From IMG/VR virus record IMGVR_UViG_3300047445_000186, positions 248,001 through 312,000 of that record: a stretch of DNA of 64,000 bases. One strand, 5' to 3'. This document shows, in pieces, positions 18,111 to 26,724 of the stretch (positions are counted from its first letter, which is position 1; every line of letters starts with the position of its first letter). The notes under the pieces were generated by a model. It saw only the letters and a list, made by a program, of their open reading frames with translations, was not told where the DNA came from and made no database searches. Made by a program: the position numbers and the translations under genes.

Positions 18111-19363
18111 AACTACAAGAACTAGCTGGTGCAAAGCGCTTTAATTCCACTGAGGGCGGTGGGATCACCGACGCTCTCGATCTTCTTCAAGCCGAATTCG
18201 AAGCTGGCAGAACGTCGCTTCGCATTCTCGGCACTGGCGCGAACGGCGTTGCCCTGACGAATGGCACGAGCGTTTTCAAGTTCTGGCATCGCGATAGCTC
18301 GTACGAGAAGTTCGTGAATTTCTGCCACGAAAACAACAGCCCATTCCTGCCGAAGTTCACGTCAAAGATCAAGAACCTTTCTCCTCGCGTTTTCTATACA
18401 GCGACTGCTGATGAAGACGGCGAGAACATCGTGAAGGGCGTGAAGTACGTGAAGATGGAACTCCTGAAGCCGTACAAGGGCCAAGGCGGTTGCGAGGTCT
18501 GGGCGGACAAGAACATCCAAAAGGCGATCGGTGTTGACGACCCTGAGCTGGATGAGTACGGTGTCGTGAACTTCATGTCGTACGAAGACATCTGGAATTG
18601 CTCAGGTATGTCACGCACTCCTCGCGGCGCATTGATGGAGCTCTTGAGTCATCATGCCTTCCTGAATGATCATCTCGAGTACGAAGAACTGGTTCCATAT
18701 CTCGAGAAGATGAACCGCGAGATCATCGACATGGTCGGTGTTCTCGTGAAGCTTCATACGGTCTTTGGCAAGGAAGATCGACTGGATTTCGGCCCTCGGA
18801 ACATGGCGCTTCGTGGAGACCAAGTCGTGATTCTCGATCCTATCGTGAACGACAATGACATCATCGTGAACAACATGATCATGGACTTGTCGAAGTACCG
18901 GACGCCGCCGAAGATCCAAGAGAGTACCGACACCGATGCCGAGCGTGAAGCTGTCGATGAGTGGATTGAAGCCGCTTATCTTGACGAGCCAGTGATGCGG
19001 AAGTTCCTGATGAAGGGGCTCCCTTCGTTTGGCGAGAAATGCTATCGAGCAGAGTTCGGCTCGAAGGCCAAGAAGTTCAAGGCGCTTCCGATTGGTGAGG
19101 ACGTGGACATGTCATACAAGTCGGCTTCGGCGTCGATGGCTGCGCTCAATAACGGCGTGATCGAGCCGAACGGTGGTGAGCACTGGCTGCTCGAGCTTCG
19201 TATTCCAAGCGGGCTGCGCTGCGGTCGAGACATCAAGCACAGCGATCCCGAGCATCCCGAGAACGTGCAAGAGGAATTCTTGATCGGCCCGGGTGTGAAG
19301 TTCAAGATCATGAAGCAGCTCGCGGATCGAACGATTCTCGTTGCACAGAACTCCATGCACTAA
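18107..19363 (+). CDS. Protein kinase-like domain fused to C-terminal ADP-ribosyltransferase domain
   Basis: LGTGANG, VFK, DFGPRN, ILDP; then CYRA, YKSAS, VQEEFLIGPGVKFKI. Confidence 0.78.
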   Translation: MKLQELAGAKRFNSTEGGGITDALDLLQAEFEAGRTSLRILGTGANGVALTNGTSVFKFWHRDSSYEKFVNFCHENNSPFLPKFTSKIKNLSPRVFYTATADEDGENIVKGVKYVKMELLKPYKGQGGCEVWADKNIQKAIGVDDPELDEYGVVNFMSYEDIWNCSGMSRTPRGALMELLSHHAFLNDHLEYEELVPYLEKMNREIIDMVGVLVKLHTVFGKEDRLDFGPRNMALRGDQVVILDPIVNDNDIIVNNMIMDLSKYRTPPKIQESTDTDAEREAVDEWIEAAYLDEPVMRKFLMKGLPSFGEKCYRAEFGSKAKKFKALPIGEDVDMSYKSASASMAALNNGVIEPNGGEHWLLELRIPSGLRCGRDIKHSDPEHPENVQEEFLIGPGVKFKIMKQLADRTILVAQNSMH

Positions 19364-19389
19364 ATAGAGTTCGAACACGAGAACCGATC

Positions 19390-20679
19390 ATGAAAGTCAA
19401 CGAACTATTTGAAGCCCGTCAGCTCCGTGAAGGATCCTGGTACGACGACTTCCGCCCAGAAGATACCGTCCCGTCCCAAAAAGACAAGGGATGGACGGGT
19501 CGTCATAAGGTGAAGGAAGACGACGGAGAGACGTACGAAGACCTGAAGTATGAAGGTCGAATTCTTCTCCATTACGATGCTCCTATCAAGACGCATGGTC
19601 TTGATCAAGCAGCCGTTAAAGAGGCCTATGAGAAAGCGAAGGCTAAATTCTTGGAAATTCGTGCCGCGCATCCAACGCAGCTTCGCTTTAAGACTTCCGT
19701 TGAAGCCACAAAGTACATGAAGACGATGGAGTACCCTGGTTGGACTCTCGTCGTGCAGTATGCAAGGCTGAACTGGGGATCCGGAGGATACAAGTACGCA
19801 CAAGACCTCGAGTACAAGACGCCTCGCAAGGTTAAGACGCTCGACTTGCCAAAGCAAGAGTTCAAACCAAAACACGCCGAGAACGCGATCAATGCGGAAA
19901 TGGACGGCGATAAGGTCAAGCTCAGCATTGACGTGAAGGTCGGTCCTCTGATGTCTGCATTCATCACGACGGTTTATAACGTCGGCGATAAAATGAAGGC
20001 AAAGATTCTTAACGTTAAGGGCAAGGTCCTTGACTATGATGATCTCTATCGCTCACGCCCACAGAAAGTTTGGGTGACCACTACTGATCTGGATCGTGTG
20101 AAGGCGATCATCGCGAAGAAGCATGCTGACCGCGTTGAGGATGAGAAGGCAGATCACGACAAACTGCAGAACGCTTTGACTGACCGCAAAGAAACCAGCA
20201 AATGGCGAGCTGACGATCAGAAGCAGCGAAAGGCTAAACTCCACGCAACATACGGTAAGGAAATCGTCGATCGTGTGAAGATCAAGTCTATGAGCATGGA
20301 AGGTGATGATGGTTATCAATGGGCTCTGTTCGTTGATGGACGGCGCAAGAAGTCAGGTCTGACTAAGTATCAAGCAGAGGGTGAGCAGCGTATCATGTGG
20401 CGCTGGCTGAAAGAGTACGAGGACATGACTCCTGAGCAGCGGCTGCAGCACGCTCAAGAACTTGAAGGTATTCGCCTGTACTTCATGATGGACGCGATTG
20501 AGAAGTCAGTTGGCGCGCAACTTCCACAGTATCTGAACGCGATCAAGAAGAATGCGAAGGACTTCGTTGATGCGAAGCAGGCAACTAAGGACGCGATCGA
20601 AACTTCGAAGGTCTCTGACGCTCAAGCAAAGAGCATCTTTAATGACCTGATGAAGCGCATGGGCGACAAGCTGGACTGA
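19390..20679 (+). CDS. Late hypothetical protein, probable internal head protein (MKVNELFE leader)
   Basis: TAAATA 19361; highly charged; LFE/LRE sites near N-terminus. Confidence 0.7.
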   Translation: MKVNELFEARQLREGSWYDDFRPEDTVPSQKDKGWTGRHKVKEDDGETYEDLKYEGRILLHYDAPIKTHGLDQAAVKEAYEKAKAKFLEIRAAHPTQLRFKTSVEATKYMKTMEYPGWTLVVQYARLNWGSGGYKYAQDLEYKTPRKVKTLDLPKQEFKPKHAENAINAEMDGDKVKLSIDVKVGPLMSAFITTVYNVGDKMKAKILNVKGKVLDYDDLYRSRPQKVWVTTTDLDRVKAIIAKKHADRVEDEKADHDKLQNALTDRKETSKWRADDQKQRKAKLHATYGKEIVDRVKIKSMSMEGDDGYQWALFVDGRRKKSGLTKYQAEGEQRIMWRWLKEYEDMTPEQRLQHAQELEGIRLYFMMDAIEKSVGAQLPQYLNAIKKNAKDFVDAKQATKDAIETSKVSDAQAKSIFNDLMKRMGDKLD

Positions 20680-20797
20680 TCCCGAAATCCGAGTGCACTC
20701 GGACTCCTCCGTGATTAAATAAGAACTGGTGCTGATGAGGCACCTTTTCTTTTACCTGCGAACAGTGGGTACCTATCACAACCTCGGAGTACGAGAC

Positions 20798-21613
20798 ATG
20801 TCAGACCGCACCACCATCGGTGATCGGATGAAGAGCTACGAAGCGCCTTCAACGACCCGCAAAGCTTTCAAGGGCCAGCCCCTCATTGTCCGCCTGGACG
20901 GAAGCTCATTCCACAAATTCACCAAGGGCATGAAGCGCCCATTCGATCTGGTTCTGAGCCAGCTCATGATCGACACCATGAAGTCCATGGTCGAGCGATA
21001 CAACGCGAACATCGGGTACACGCAATCGGACGAGATCACGCTCGCCTGGTACATGGAGCCATTCGAATCTCGCGAGCTCGAGTTCGGTGGCCGCTTCCAG
21101 AAGTTCGAAAGCGAACTTGCTGCATGGTGTTCTGTGAAGTTCAACTCGCTCCTTCGCGAAACCGAGTACGCCAAGAAGGCAGAGATGCTGCCGTACTTCG
21201 ATGCTCGCGCGTTCGTCGTGCCGAACTTGACCGAAGCGATGCACTGCTTCCTGTGGCGCCAGCAAGATTGCACGAAGAACGCGATCAGCATGGCCGCTCA
21301 GTCGATGTTCTCGCACAAGGAACTGCAAGGGAAACATGGGCCTGAGATGCAGGAGATGATGTTCCAGAAGTTCAACGTGAACTTCAACGACTACCCTTCG
21401 CACTTCAAGCGTGGCACGTTCGCTCGACGCGTGAAGCGCGAGTGGTTCCCGTCCGATGCAGAGATCGAAGCGATTCCGGAGAAATACCGGCCAAGTGGGC
21501 CAATCCTCCGCTCGTTCGTGCAGACCGAAGACATCTGGCTATCGAAGCAACCGAGCGGAACGCAAGCTCTGTTCGGTGACGCACCGATCGTTACAAATGT
21601 TACGGTGTCATGA
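20798..21613 (+). CDS. tRNA(His) guanylyltransferase Thg1-like protein
   Basis: RMKSYE, IVRLDGSSFHKF, YTQSDEITL, FDAR, WRQQDC..NAI. Confidence 0.92.
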   Translation: MSDRTTIGDRMKSYEAPSTTRKAFKGQPLIVRLDGSSFHKFTKGMKRPFDLVLSQLMIDTMKSMVERYNANIGYTQSDEITLAWYMEPFESRELEFGGRFQKFESELAAWCSVKFNSLLRETEYAKKAEMLPYFDARAFVVPNLTEAMHCFLWRQQDCTKNAISMAAQSMFSHKELQGKHGPEMQEMMFQKFNVNFNDYPSHFKRGTFARRVKREWFPSDAEIEAIPEKYRPSGPILRSFVQTEDIWLSKQPSGTQALFGDAPIVTNVTVS

Positions 21614-21739
21614 GATACAATCTGAGCATGAACACCCACAAGGAAACTTCATGCTCAACATTGCACGCCTTGCAGGCGAGCTGCTAGCCATCAAGGCAAA
21701 GCTCGCCTGGAATTCGGTCCAGATCTGTTGGTACTCGTG

Positions 21740-21883
21740 ATGGACGACCCAGACATCCTGTTCGCGATCGTGATCCTCGTGATCGTGGCGATCGTGAACA
21801 GTTTGCACTTGGATCACTGCGATCAGGACCGCCGCGGCTCAGATGGTCCGCTGTGTACAAAAGACGAGAACGGGTTAGAATAG
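21740..21883 (+). CDS. Small membrane protein (47 aa, not in track)
   Basis: MDDPDILFAIVILVIVAIVNSL..; overlaps stop of 29-aa ORF 21651-21740. Confidence 0.45.
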   Translation: MDDPDILFAIVILVIVAIVNSLHLDHCDQDRRGSDGPLCTKDENGLE

Positions 21884-21937
21884 CTCTGTCCACACGGACA
21901 CGTCGGGCAATTTCGCCTGATGAAACGGAGCACATCC

Positions 21938-22297
21938 ATGTCAGCATCAACTGCCCCTATTCGCGGGCGCATCTTCACGTTCTTAATTCGCAAAGCAGTG
22001 CTACGTGAAACCGCAACCTACGAGGAAATCGCACTTCGGTTCGATCTTCCGAGTTCTGGAAGCCAACTCGCCGTCGTACTCTCGCCGCTTCTCGGCGATC
22101 TGTTCAAGTGGTGTGAACGTTCCGGTCTGCCAAAAATCACCTCGCTCGTCGTGCGCAAATCCGGCGCCGAAGAAGGCCTGCCTGGCCGAGGGTTCTGGAC
22201 TCTGCTCGATCTCGATCTGCTCGACACGAGCGCGAAGCGCGTTGTGCTGAAGACACTCCAGAACGAAGTGTACACATTCTACTCGGCCCTTCGATGA
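21938..22297 (+). CDS. Hypothetical protein
   Basis: GGAG SD. Confidence 0.65.
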   Translation: MSASTAPIRGRIFTFLIRKAVLRETATYEEIALRFDLPSSGSQLAVVLSPLLGDLFKWCERSGLPKITSLVVRKSGAEEGLPGRGFWTLLDLDLLDTSAKRVVLKTLQNEVYTFYSALR

Positions 22298-22539
22298 AAT
22301 TCTTCTGTGACGATGGACGGCACTTGATCTGCGTGCCGTACTCGATCGAGAATCTGCACGCGATGGCCGAGGAACTTGGTATCAAGCGCTGCTGGTTCCA
22401 CAACATGAAGTACCATCATTACGACATTCCGAAACGTCGTATCGCCGAAATCCAGGCGAAGTGCACCGTCGTCTCGGATCGTGAGATTCTGACGATCATC
22501 AAGGCAGCTCAACAGGAGCTCGCAGAGACCACCGAATAG
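22294..22539 (+). CDS. DUF4031-like small protein
   Basis: LHAMAEELGIKRCWFH..HHYDIPKRR. Confidence 0.65.
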   Translation: MKFFCDDGRHLICVPYSIENLHAMAEELGIKRCWFHNMKYHHYDIPKRRIAEIQAKCTVVSDREILTIIKAAQQELAETTE

Positions 22540-22560
22540 CACGGTGTAGCGCTAACCAAA

Positions 22561-22590
22561 CGAGGGACCCTAGGGTCCCTCGGCTGTTTC
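22561..22590. terminator. Bidirectional terminator, 22-bp perfect palindrome
   Basis: CGAGGGACCCTAGGGTCCCTCG between convergent genes. Confidence 0.8.
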
Positions 22591-22604
22591 TGGTGGTCCG
22601 AGCC

Positions 22605-23261
22605 TTAGCCGCGGCTGATATCGATGATTGCGTCCTTCGCTGCATCGGCACCGAGCGTGGTACGGATGAACGAGCGGATTGCCGAGTCTTGCAGAGCACC
22701 CTTGGTCGGGAGCAGAACTGCGTGGACTGAAGAGCCCATGCCAGCAGAACCCTTCTTGACCTTGTTGTGCACGTTGTTACCGAGCGAGCCGGCGAACTTC
22801 TTCTGGATCGCAGCAAGGAGAGCTTGAGCGGCGGTGCGGTCAAGGTTCTGAACTTCGATCGAGAACGATGGACCTTCGTGGAAAGCTTCTTCCAGAGCTT
22901 CGTAAGCGCGGCGGCCAGTCTGATTCTTTGCCTTCAGGTCGTTCACCTTGTCTTGCTTTGCGAGAACCTTGCGATCGCGCGAATCAAGAACATCATCCCA
23001 ATCTGCATCGTCGTTCGCACCAGCGGCCTTAGCTGCAGGGGTGACCTTCTTCTTGTCGCCAGCGGCCCAAGCAGCCAGAGCTGCGTCGAGCTCTTTCTTC
23101 TTCTCTGAGCTCATGCCCTTCAGACGTTCGCGTTCCTTCTTGAGCTTGTCAAGCTTGGCGTTATTGCGGAACAACCCGAAGATTTCGTTGATCTGTTCGT
23201 CAGAGAGTTCATCGCCGGTCTCGACGAATTCGTTGAACTTCTTGAAGGAAACTTTTGACAT
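22605..23261 (-). CDS. Late protein, probable internal head protein
   Basis: TAAATA 23296; N-terminus SFKKFNEFVE resembles T4 capsid-targeting sequences. Confidence 0.7.
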   Translation of the reverse strand: MSKVSFKKFNEFVETGDELSDEQINEIFGLFRNNAKLDKLKKERERLKGMSSEKKKELDAALAAWAAGDKKKVTPAAKAAGANDDADWDDVLDSRDRKVLAKQDKVNDLKAKNQTGRRAYEALEEAFHEGPSFSIEVQNLDRTAAQALLAAIQKKFAGSLGNNVHNKVKKGSAGMGSSVHAVLLPTKGALQDSAIRSFIRTTLGADAAKDAIIDISRG

Positions 23262-23367
23262 ACCCGTGATCCTGTGATCGTTGTAATTTGAGATTTATTT
23301 AGACCCGGTAGCCAGAAGATCCCAATGTCCAGGTGCATACGAAGGCACGATCGTTACAATTGTTCTC

Positions 23368-23733
23368 ATGTTCCATCCTGTTCTGTGGCGATGGCACAAC
23401 CACCAAGGGATCAACATGAGACGTTTTATTCTGGTTACGGCTACGCAGTCGGAACCGGCCGGGGTGAAGACACACTCTGGCATCAAGAAGCTCAAGCGAG
23501 GAGTCGGGATCGTTGACTTCATGAGCGAGTACCTCGAGCAATTCGCAGGTCAAAAGGAAATCTACGCACGTGGCGAAACGCAGGTCGCGTTCGCTCGCGA
23601 AGATAACAAGTCCATTCAATGGGCATTCACCGAGTTCGCAGAAGACGAGCTCATTCGGGCCGTGTCGAACCTGACCCGTGAAGAACTCCTTCGCGATCTG
23701 AAAGAACTGCTCCCGCTGAAGGCTGCGCTGTGA
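23368..23733 (+). CDS. Hypothetical protein
   Basis: CGTTACAAT-N7-ATG. Confidence 0.65.
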   Translation: MFHPVLWRWHNHQGINMRRFILVTATQSEPAGVKTHSGIKKLKRGVGIVDFMSEYLEQFAGQKEIYARGETQVAFAREDNKSIQWAFTEFAEDELIRAVSNLTREELLRDLKELLPLKAAL

Positions 23734-24371
23734 GTACCTTAGTTGGTTTGAGTGGCGCCCAGGGCGGTGGAAAGTCCAGTCTCCTGAAAGAGCTGGCAAA
23801 GCGGGGTTGGCACGTCGATGACTACCGAGTTAGTCGTGCAGTTCAAGATGCTTTGGGATGGGACTCCCTCGATCGAGTTCTAGATTCATTCGAGACGATG
23901 CAGTCCTTCCAAGAAGAAGTGTACAAGCAGAAGTTCAATCGTGAGATGTACTTGAAGCGCCAAGTCGGCGCGATTCTGACTGAGCGGACATTCGCTGATT
24001 TGGCCGCGTACACTCAGTCGTGGACATGGAAGTTCTTTCCTGTCGACTCGATGATTCCGCGCTCAGCACTTCGGTGGCTGACTGACTACATCAAGAACTG
24101 CCAGCTCGCGCAGAATGAACTGTACGATGGTGTGCTTCTTCTGCCACTCATGGATCATGTCGTATTCGAAGATGATCCGCATCGCGCAAAGAAGGAAGAC
24201 GCAGAGGAGGTGTACAACTTCATCGGGGCGCTTTCCGCAATGACTGACATGCCAAAATTGGTGATCACTCAAGAGTCGATCGAAGACCGCGCGACTGAAG
24301 TTGAAGACTTTTTGAAGGACAAGCTGAACACCGTGCTTGTTCGCAGACATTACAACTTGGAAGAAAACTGA
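23730..24371 (+). CDS. P-loop nucleotide kinase-like protein (dNMP kinase/AAA_28-like)
   Basis: GAQGGGKSS, LTERTFAD, FEDDPHR. Confidence 0.65.
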   Translation: MSTLVGLSGAQGGGKSSLLKELAKRGWHVDDYRVSRAVQDALGWDSLDRVLDSFETMQSFQEEVYKQKFNREMYLKRQVGAILTERTFADLAAYTQSWTWKFFPVDSMIPRSALRWLTDYIKNCQLAQNELYDGVLLLPLMDHVVFEDDPHRAKKEDAEEVYNFIGALSAMTDMPKLVITQESIEDRATEVEDFLKDKLNTVLVRRHYNLEEN

Positions 24372-24979
24372 TGGCATACGTTAAGGGGTATTCAAAGGCC
24401 CACCCAGGCTCGAAGGGCTTGCTCCTCGACTGGGAAACAACTGGATCGAATTTCGGCGGTGACAGCTCGATCGATTATCAGGGTATCACGTTCGGTGGTG
24501 TTGTGTTCGACACGACCACGTACGAAGAACTTGACTCGATCTACTGTGAACTGCAGTTCGACGACACGAAGTACAAGTGGACCGACGGCGCTGAGAAGAT
24601 TCACGGGAAATCGCGTGAATACCTTGCTGAGCATGGGATCCCTCGTGAAGAAGGTCTGGCGCAACTGCTTGAGCTCTTGCTGAAGCACTGGGCTCCAGGC
24701 TCGAAAATCCTGATGGCAGGTCACAACGTCGGATTCGACAACGACTTCACCGCTCAGCTCTTCCGCGATCACGACATGGAAGGCGAGTTCCGTCCTCATC
24801 ACGTGGTTGTTGACACGAGCGGTATTGCATTTGTTCTGACTGGCGAGTACAAGTCTGACATCGTGTTCGAGCTGCTTGGTGGTCTTGGCGAGCGCAAGGA
24901 GCATAACGCTCTTGAAGATGCTCGTGCAACTCTGGCTGTTCTTCGGAACGTGCGTCAGATTTTCGAAGGCAATCTGTGA
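24371..24979 (+). CDS. DEDDh 3'-5' exonuclease (DnaQ-like)
   Basis: LLDWETTG, GHNVGFD, VVDT, HNALEDA. Confidence 0.88.
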   Translation: MAYVKGYSKAHPGSKGLLLDWETTGSNFGGDSSIDYQGITFGGVVFDTTTYEELDSIYCELQFDDTKYKWTDGAEKIHGKSREYLAEHGIPREEGLAQLLELLLKHWAPGSKILMAGHNVGFDNDFTAQLFRDHDMEGEFRPHHVVVDTSGIAFVLTGEYKSDIVFELLGGLGERKEHNALEDARATLAVLRNVRQIFEGNL

Positions 24980-25155
24980 TCTCGTTCGATCGAACTGGGG
25001 AAACTTACATCCCCCTTCAATTGACTGGTGAGTTCCAGAAGGACTGTGATGTCACTCTGGAAACCAGGTATGGCAAGCGCCGCGTCGTCGTTCGCGATTG
25101 CAAGATCGTGTTCGAAGAGTATTTCAACAACAAACCAGAGAATTTTCCATCATGA
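24976..25155 (+). CDS. Small hypothetical protein (59 aa, not in track)
   Basis: GTGA and ATGA overlaps on both sides. Confidence 0.5.
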   Translation: MISFDRTGETYIPLQLTGEFQKDCDVTLETRYGKRRVVVRDCKIVFEEYFNNKPENFPS

Positions 25156-25520
25156 GCAGAAACGTTTACTACATTGATGTCGGCAATTACGGCCGAAAGC
25201 AAGTCGAAGAATACATCGCCGCGGTGCGTGAAGGAATCCAAAACCGAGAAGCACCTACTCTCGAAGAACTCGAGCGCAATGTGTGGGGTCCTGCTGATGA
25301 AGCTGAGCACGGCATCAAGCTCACGCCGAAGTCGCACAACATGTACGCGGGCGTGAACCTCGGTCCAGGTAGTGTGAACTACCGATTCACGTTCCTGATG
25401 CGTGAGCTCGAGAATCGCTTCCCGAATCCAGCACCGTACCGCTCTGATCGGATGCCAGAACAGGCATACCTCGAAGCGATCGACGCGCTCCTCGCTGACA
25501 CGTACAATCGAACCCGCTAA
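25152..25520 (+). CDS. Hypothetical protein with N-terminal T4 gp20 portal-like motif
   Basis: RNVYYIDVGNYGRKQVEEYIAAVREGIQNR. Confidence 0.65.
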   Translation: MSRNVYYIDVGNYGRKQVEEYIAAVREGIQNREAPTLEELERNVWGPADEAEHGIKLTPKSHNMYAGVNLGPGSVNYRFTFLMRELENRFPNPAPYRSDRMPEQAYLEAIDALLADTYNRTR

Positions 25521-25559
25521 AGTGCAACCCGAGTCTGACCACGTTCTTACAATGTGGTT

Positions 25560-25874
25560 ATGACTTGGAAACTCTTCCTCGACGACTTGAGAGCGCCGCC
25601 CGATCAAACTTGGGTGGTAGCTCGGTCCGTCCCTGCCGCGATTCTGTACATCACAGAGTACGGCTTCCCTTACGAGATGAGCCTTGATCACGATCTCGGC
25701 ACTGGAACAGATGCGCCGCAGCTTCTGCTCTGGATTCTCGAAGAGCTCATGGATGAGCACATCCACCCCTCAGCTTTGAAGGTCAAATTCGGCGTTCATT
25801 CGGCGAATCCTGTCGGGGCGCTCAATCTGAACAATCTCTGGAAACACATTCTCCGATATGACAACATTCTCTGA
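25560..25874 (+). CDS. Cyclic-phosphate-processing receiver-like domain protein
   Basis: KLFLDDLR.P, SLDHDLG, VHSANPVG; TACAAT-N6-ATG. Confidence 0.78.
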   Translation: MTWKLFLDDLRAPPDQTWVVARSVPAAILYITEYGFPYEMSLDHDLGTGTDAPQLLLWILEELMDEHIHPSALKVKFGVHSANPVGALNLNNLWKHILRYDNIL

Positions 25875-26046
25875 AGACAAAACGTACGTGTACGACGGCG
25901 CGGAAGTGAAGCTCACGGGCCGGAAAGCCAAGAAGCCGAACATGGCCGGCACGCAGTTCGAACTGGTCGAAGTGACGCCAGTTGACGAAGACAACGGCAC
26001 CTGGAAGAAGTGGGTGCCACGCCAAGGACTGTTCGAGATCCAATGA
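25858..26046 (+). CDS. Small hypothetical protein
   Basis: Tiled in operon. Confidence 0.6.
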   Translation: MTTFSEDKTYVYDGAEVKLTGRKAKKPNMAGTQFELVEVTPVDEDNGTWKKWVPRQGLFEIQ

Positions 26047-26450
26047 AAACTGCTGTCTGTCTCCTCTGCCCTCGCGGCGACAAGTACCTCTCGATCTCTC
26101 GTCGGAATGATCCCACACAGTGGGGAATGCCTGGTGGCAAGGTCGATCCGTACGAATCGAACGTTGAAGCAGTTCAACGCGAAGTCGGCGAAGAAACCGG
26201 AATCCTGGCAAGCGCAGTCTCGTACGAACCGCTTCTGAGCTCGCACTGCCCAGGTGAAGTCGACTTCTGGGTCACGACGTACCTCTGGGTTGACGAGTTC
26301 GCGATCAATGACTGCGAGCTGGTCGCCGAAGAAGGGATGACCCTTGACTGGAAGACGGAAGAAGAGCTCTGTGATCCTGCAGTTTCTCCGTTCGCCGAGT
26401 ACAACAAGCGAGTGTTCAAGGCGCTCCGTGAATACCGTCAGGAGACCTAA
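26043..26450 (+). CDS. Nudix hydrolase
   Basis: Nudix box GGKVDPYESNVEAVQREVGEETGI. Confidence 0.92.
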   Translation: MKTAVCLLCPRGDKYLSISRRNDPTQWGMPGGKVDPYESNVEAVQREVGEETGILASAVSYEPLLSSHCPGEVDFWVTTYLWVDEFAINDCELVAEEGMTLDWKTEEELCDPAVSPFAEYNKRVFKALREYRQET

Positions 26451-26695
26451 TGCGATACTCAATCATCTCGAATTTCCAACTGTTCTGGATGTCGATCGTG
26501 ATCGGCTTGATTGCCGGGATCGGTCCAGTCGTCGGGAACATGTACCACGACTATCGGCTGCTTCCAGTTGTCTCAGTCACACCGAACGATCAGTGTGTGA
26601 AGGTCACGAACTACGAGAACGGTCATGCGTTCACTTGTCCTGACGTTGACGTCCTCCTGCGTAGGTACAAAAAGGTGATCGTCTCGGCTTCGTAA
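26450..26695 (+). CDS. Small membrane-anchored protein
   Basis: Hydrophobic N-terminus, two Cys. Confidence 0.6.
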   Translation: MRYSIISNFQLFWMSIVIGLIAGIGPVVGNMYHDYRLLPVVSVTPNDQCVKVTNYENGHAFTCPDVDVLLRRYKKVIVSAS

Positions 26696-26724
26696 ATACG
26701 ACTGTCCTCCACAGGCAGTCCAAA

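Noticed and set aside
20732-20738. CTGATGA hammerhead-like core
   Set aside because: No stem II plus GAAA follows; it is the loop of a simple hairpin
21616-21690. TACAAT-N6-ATG at 21628 as another leaderless gene
   Set aside because: ORF is only 19 codons and an SD-led ATG follows at 21651; ambiguous
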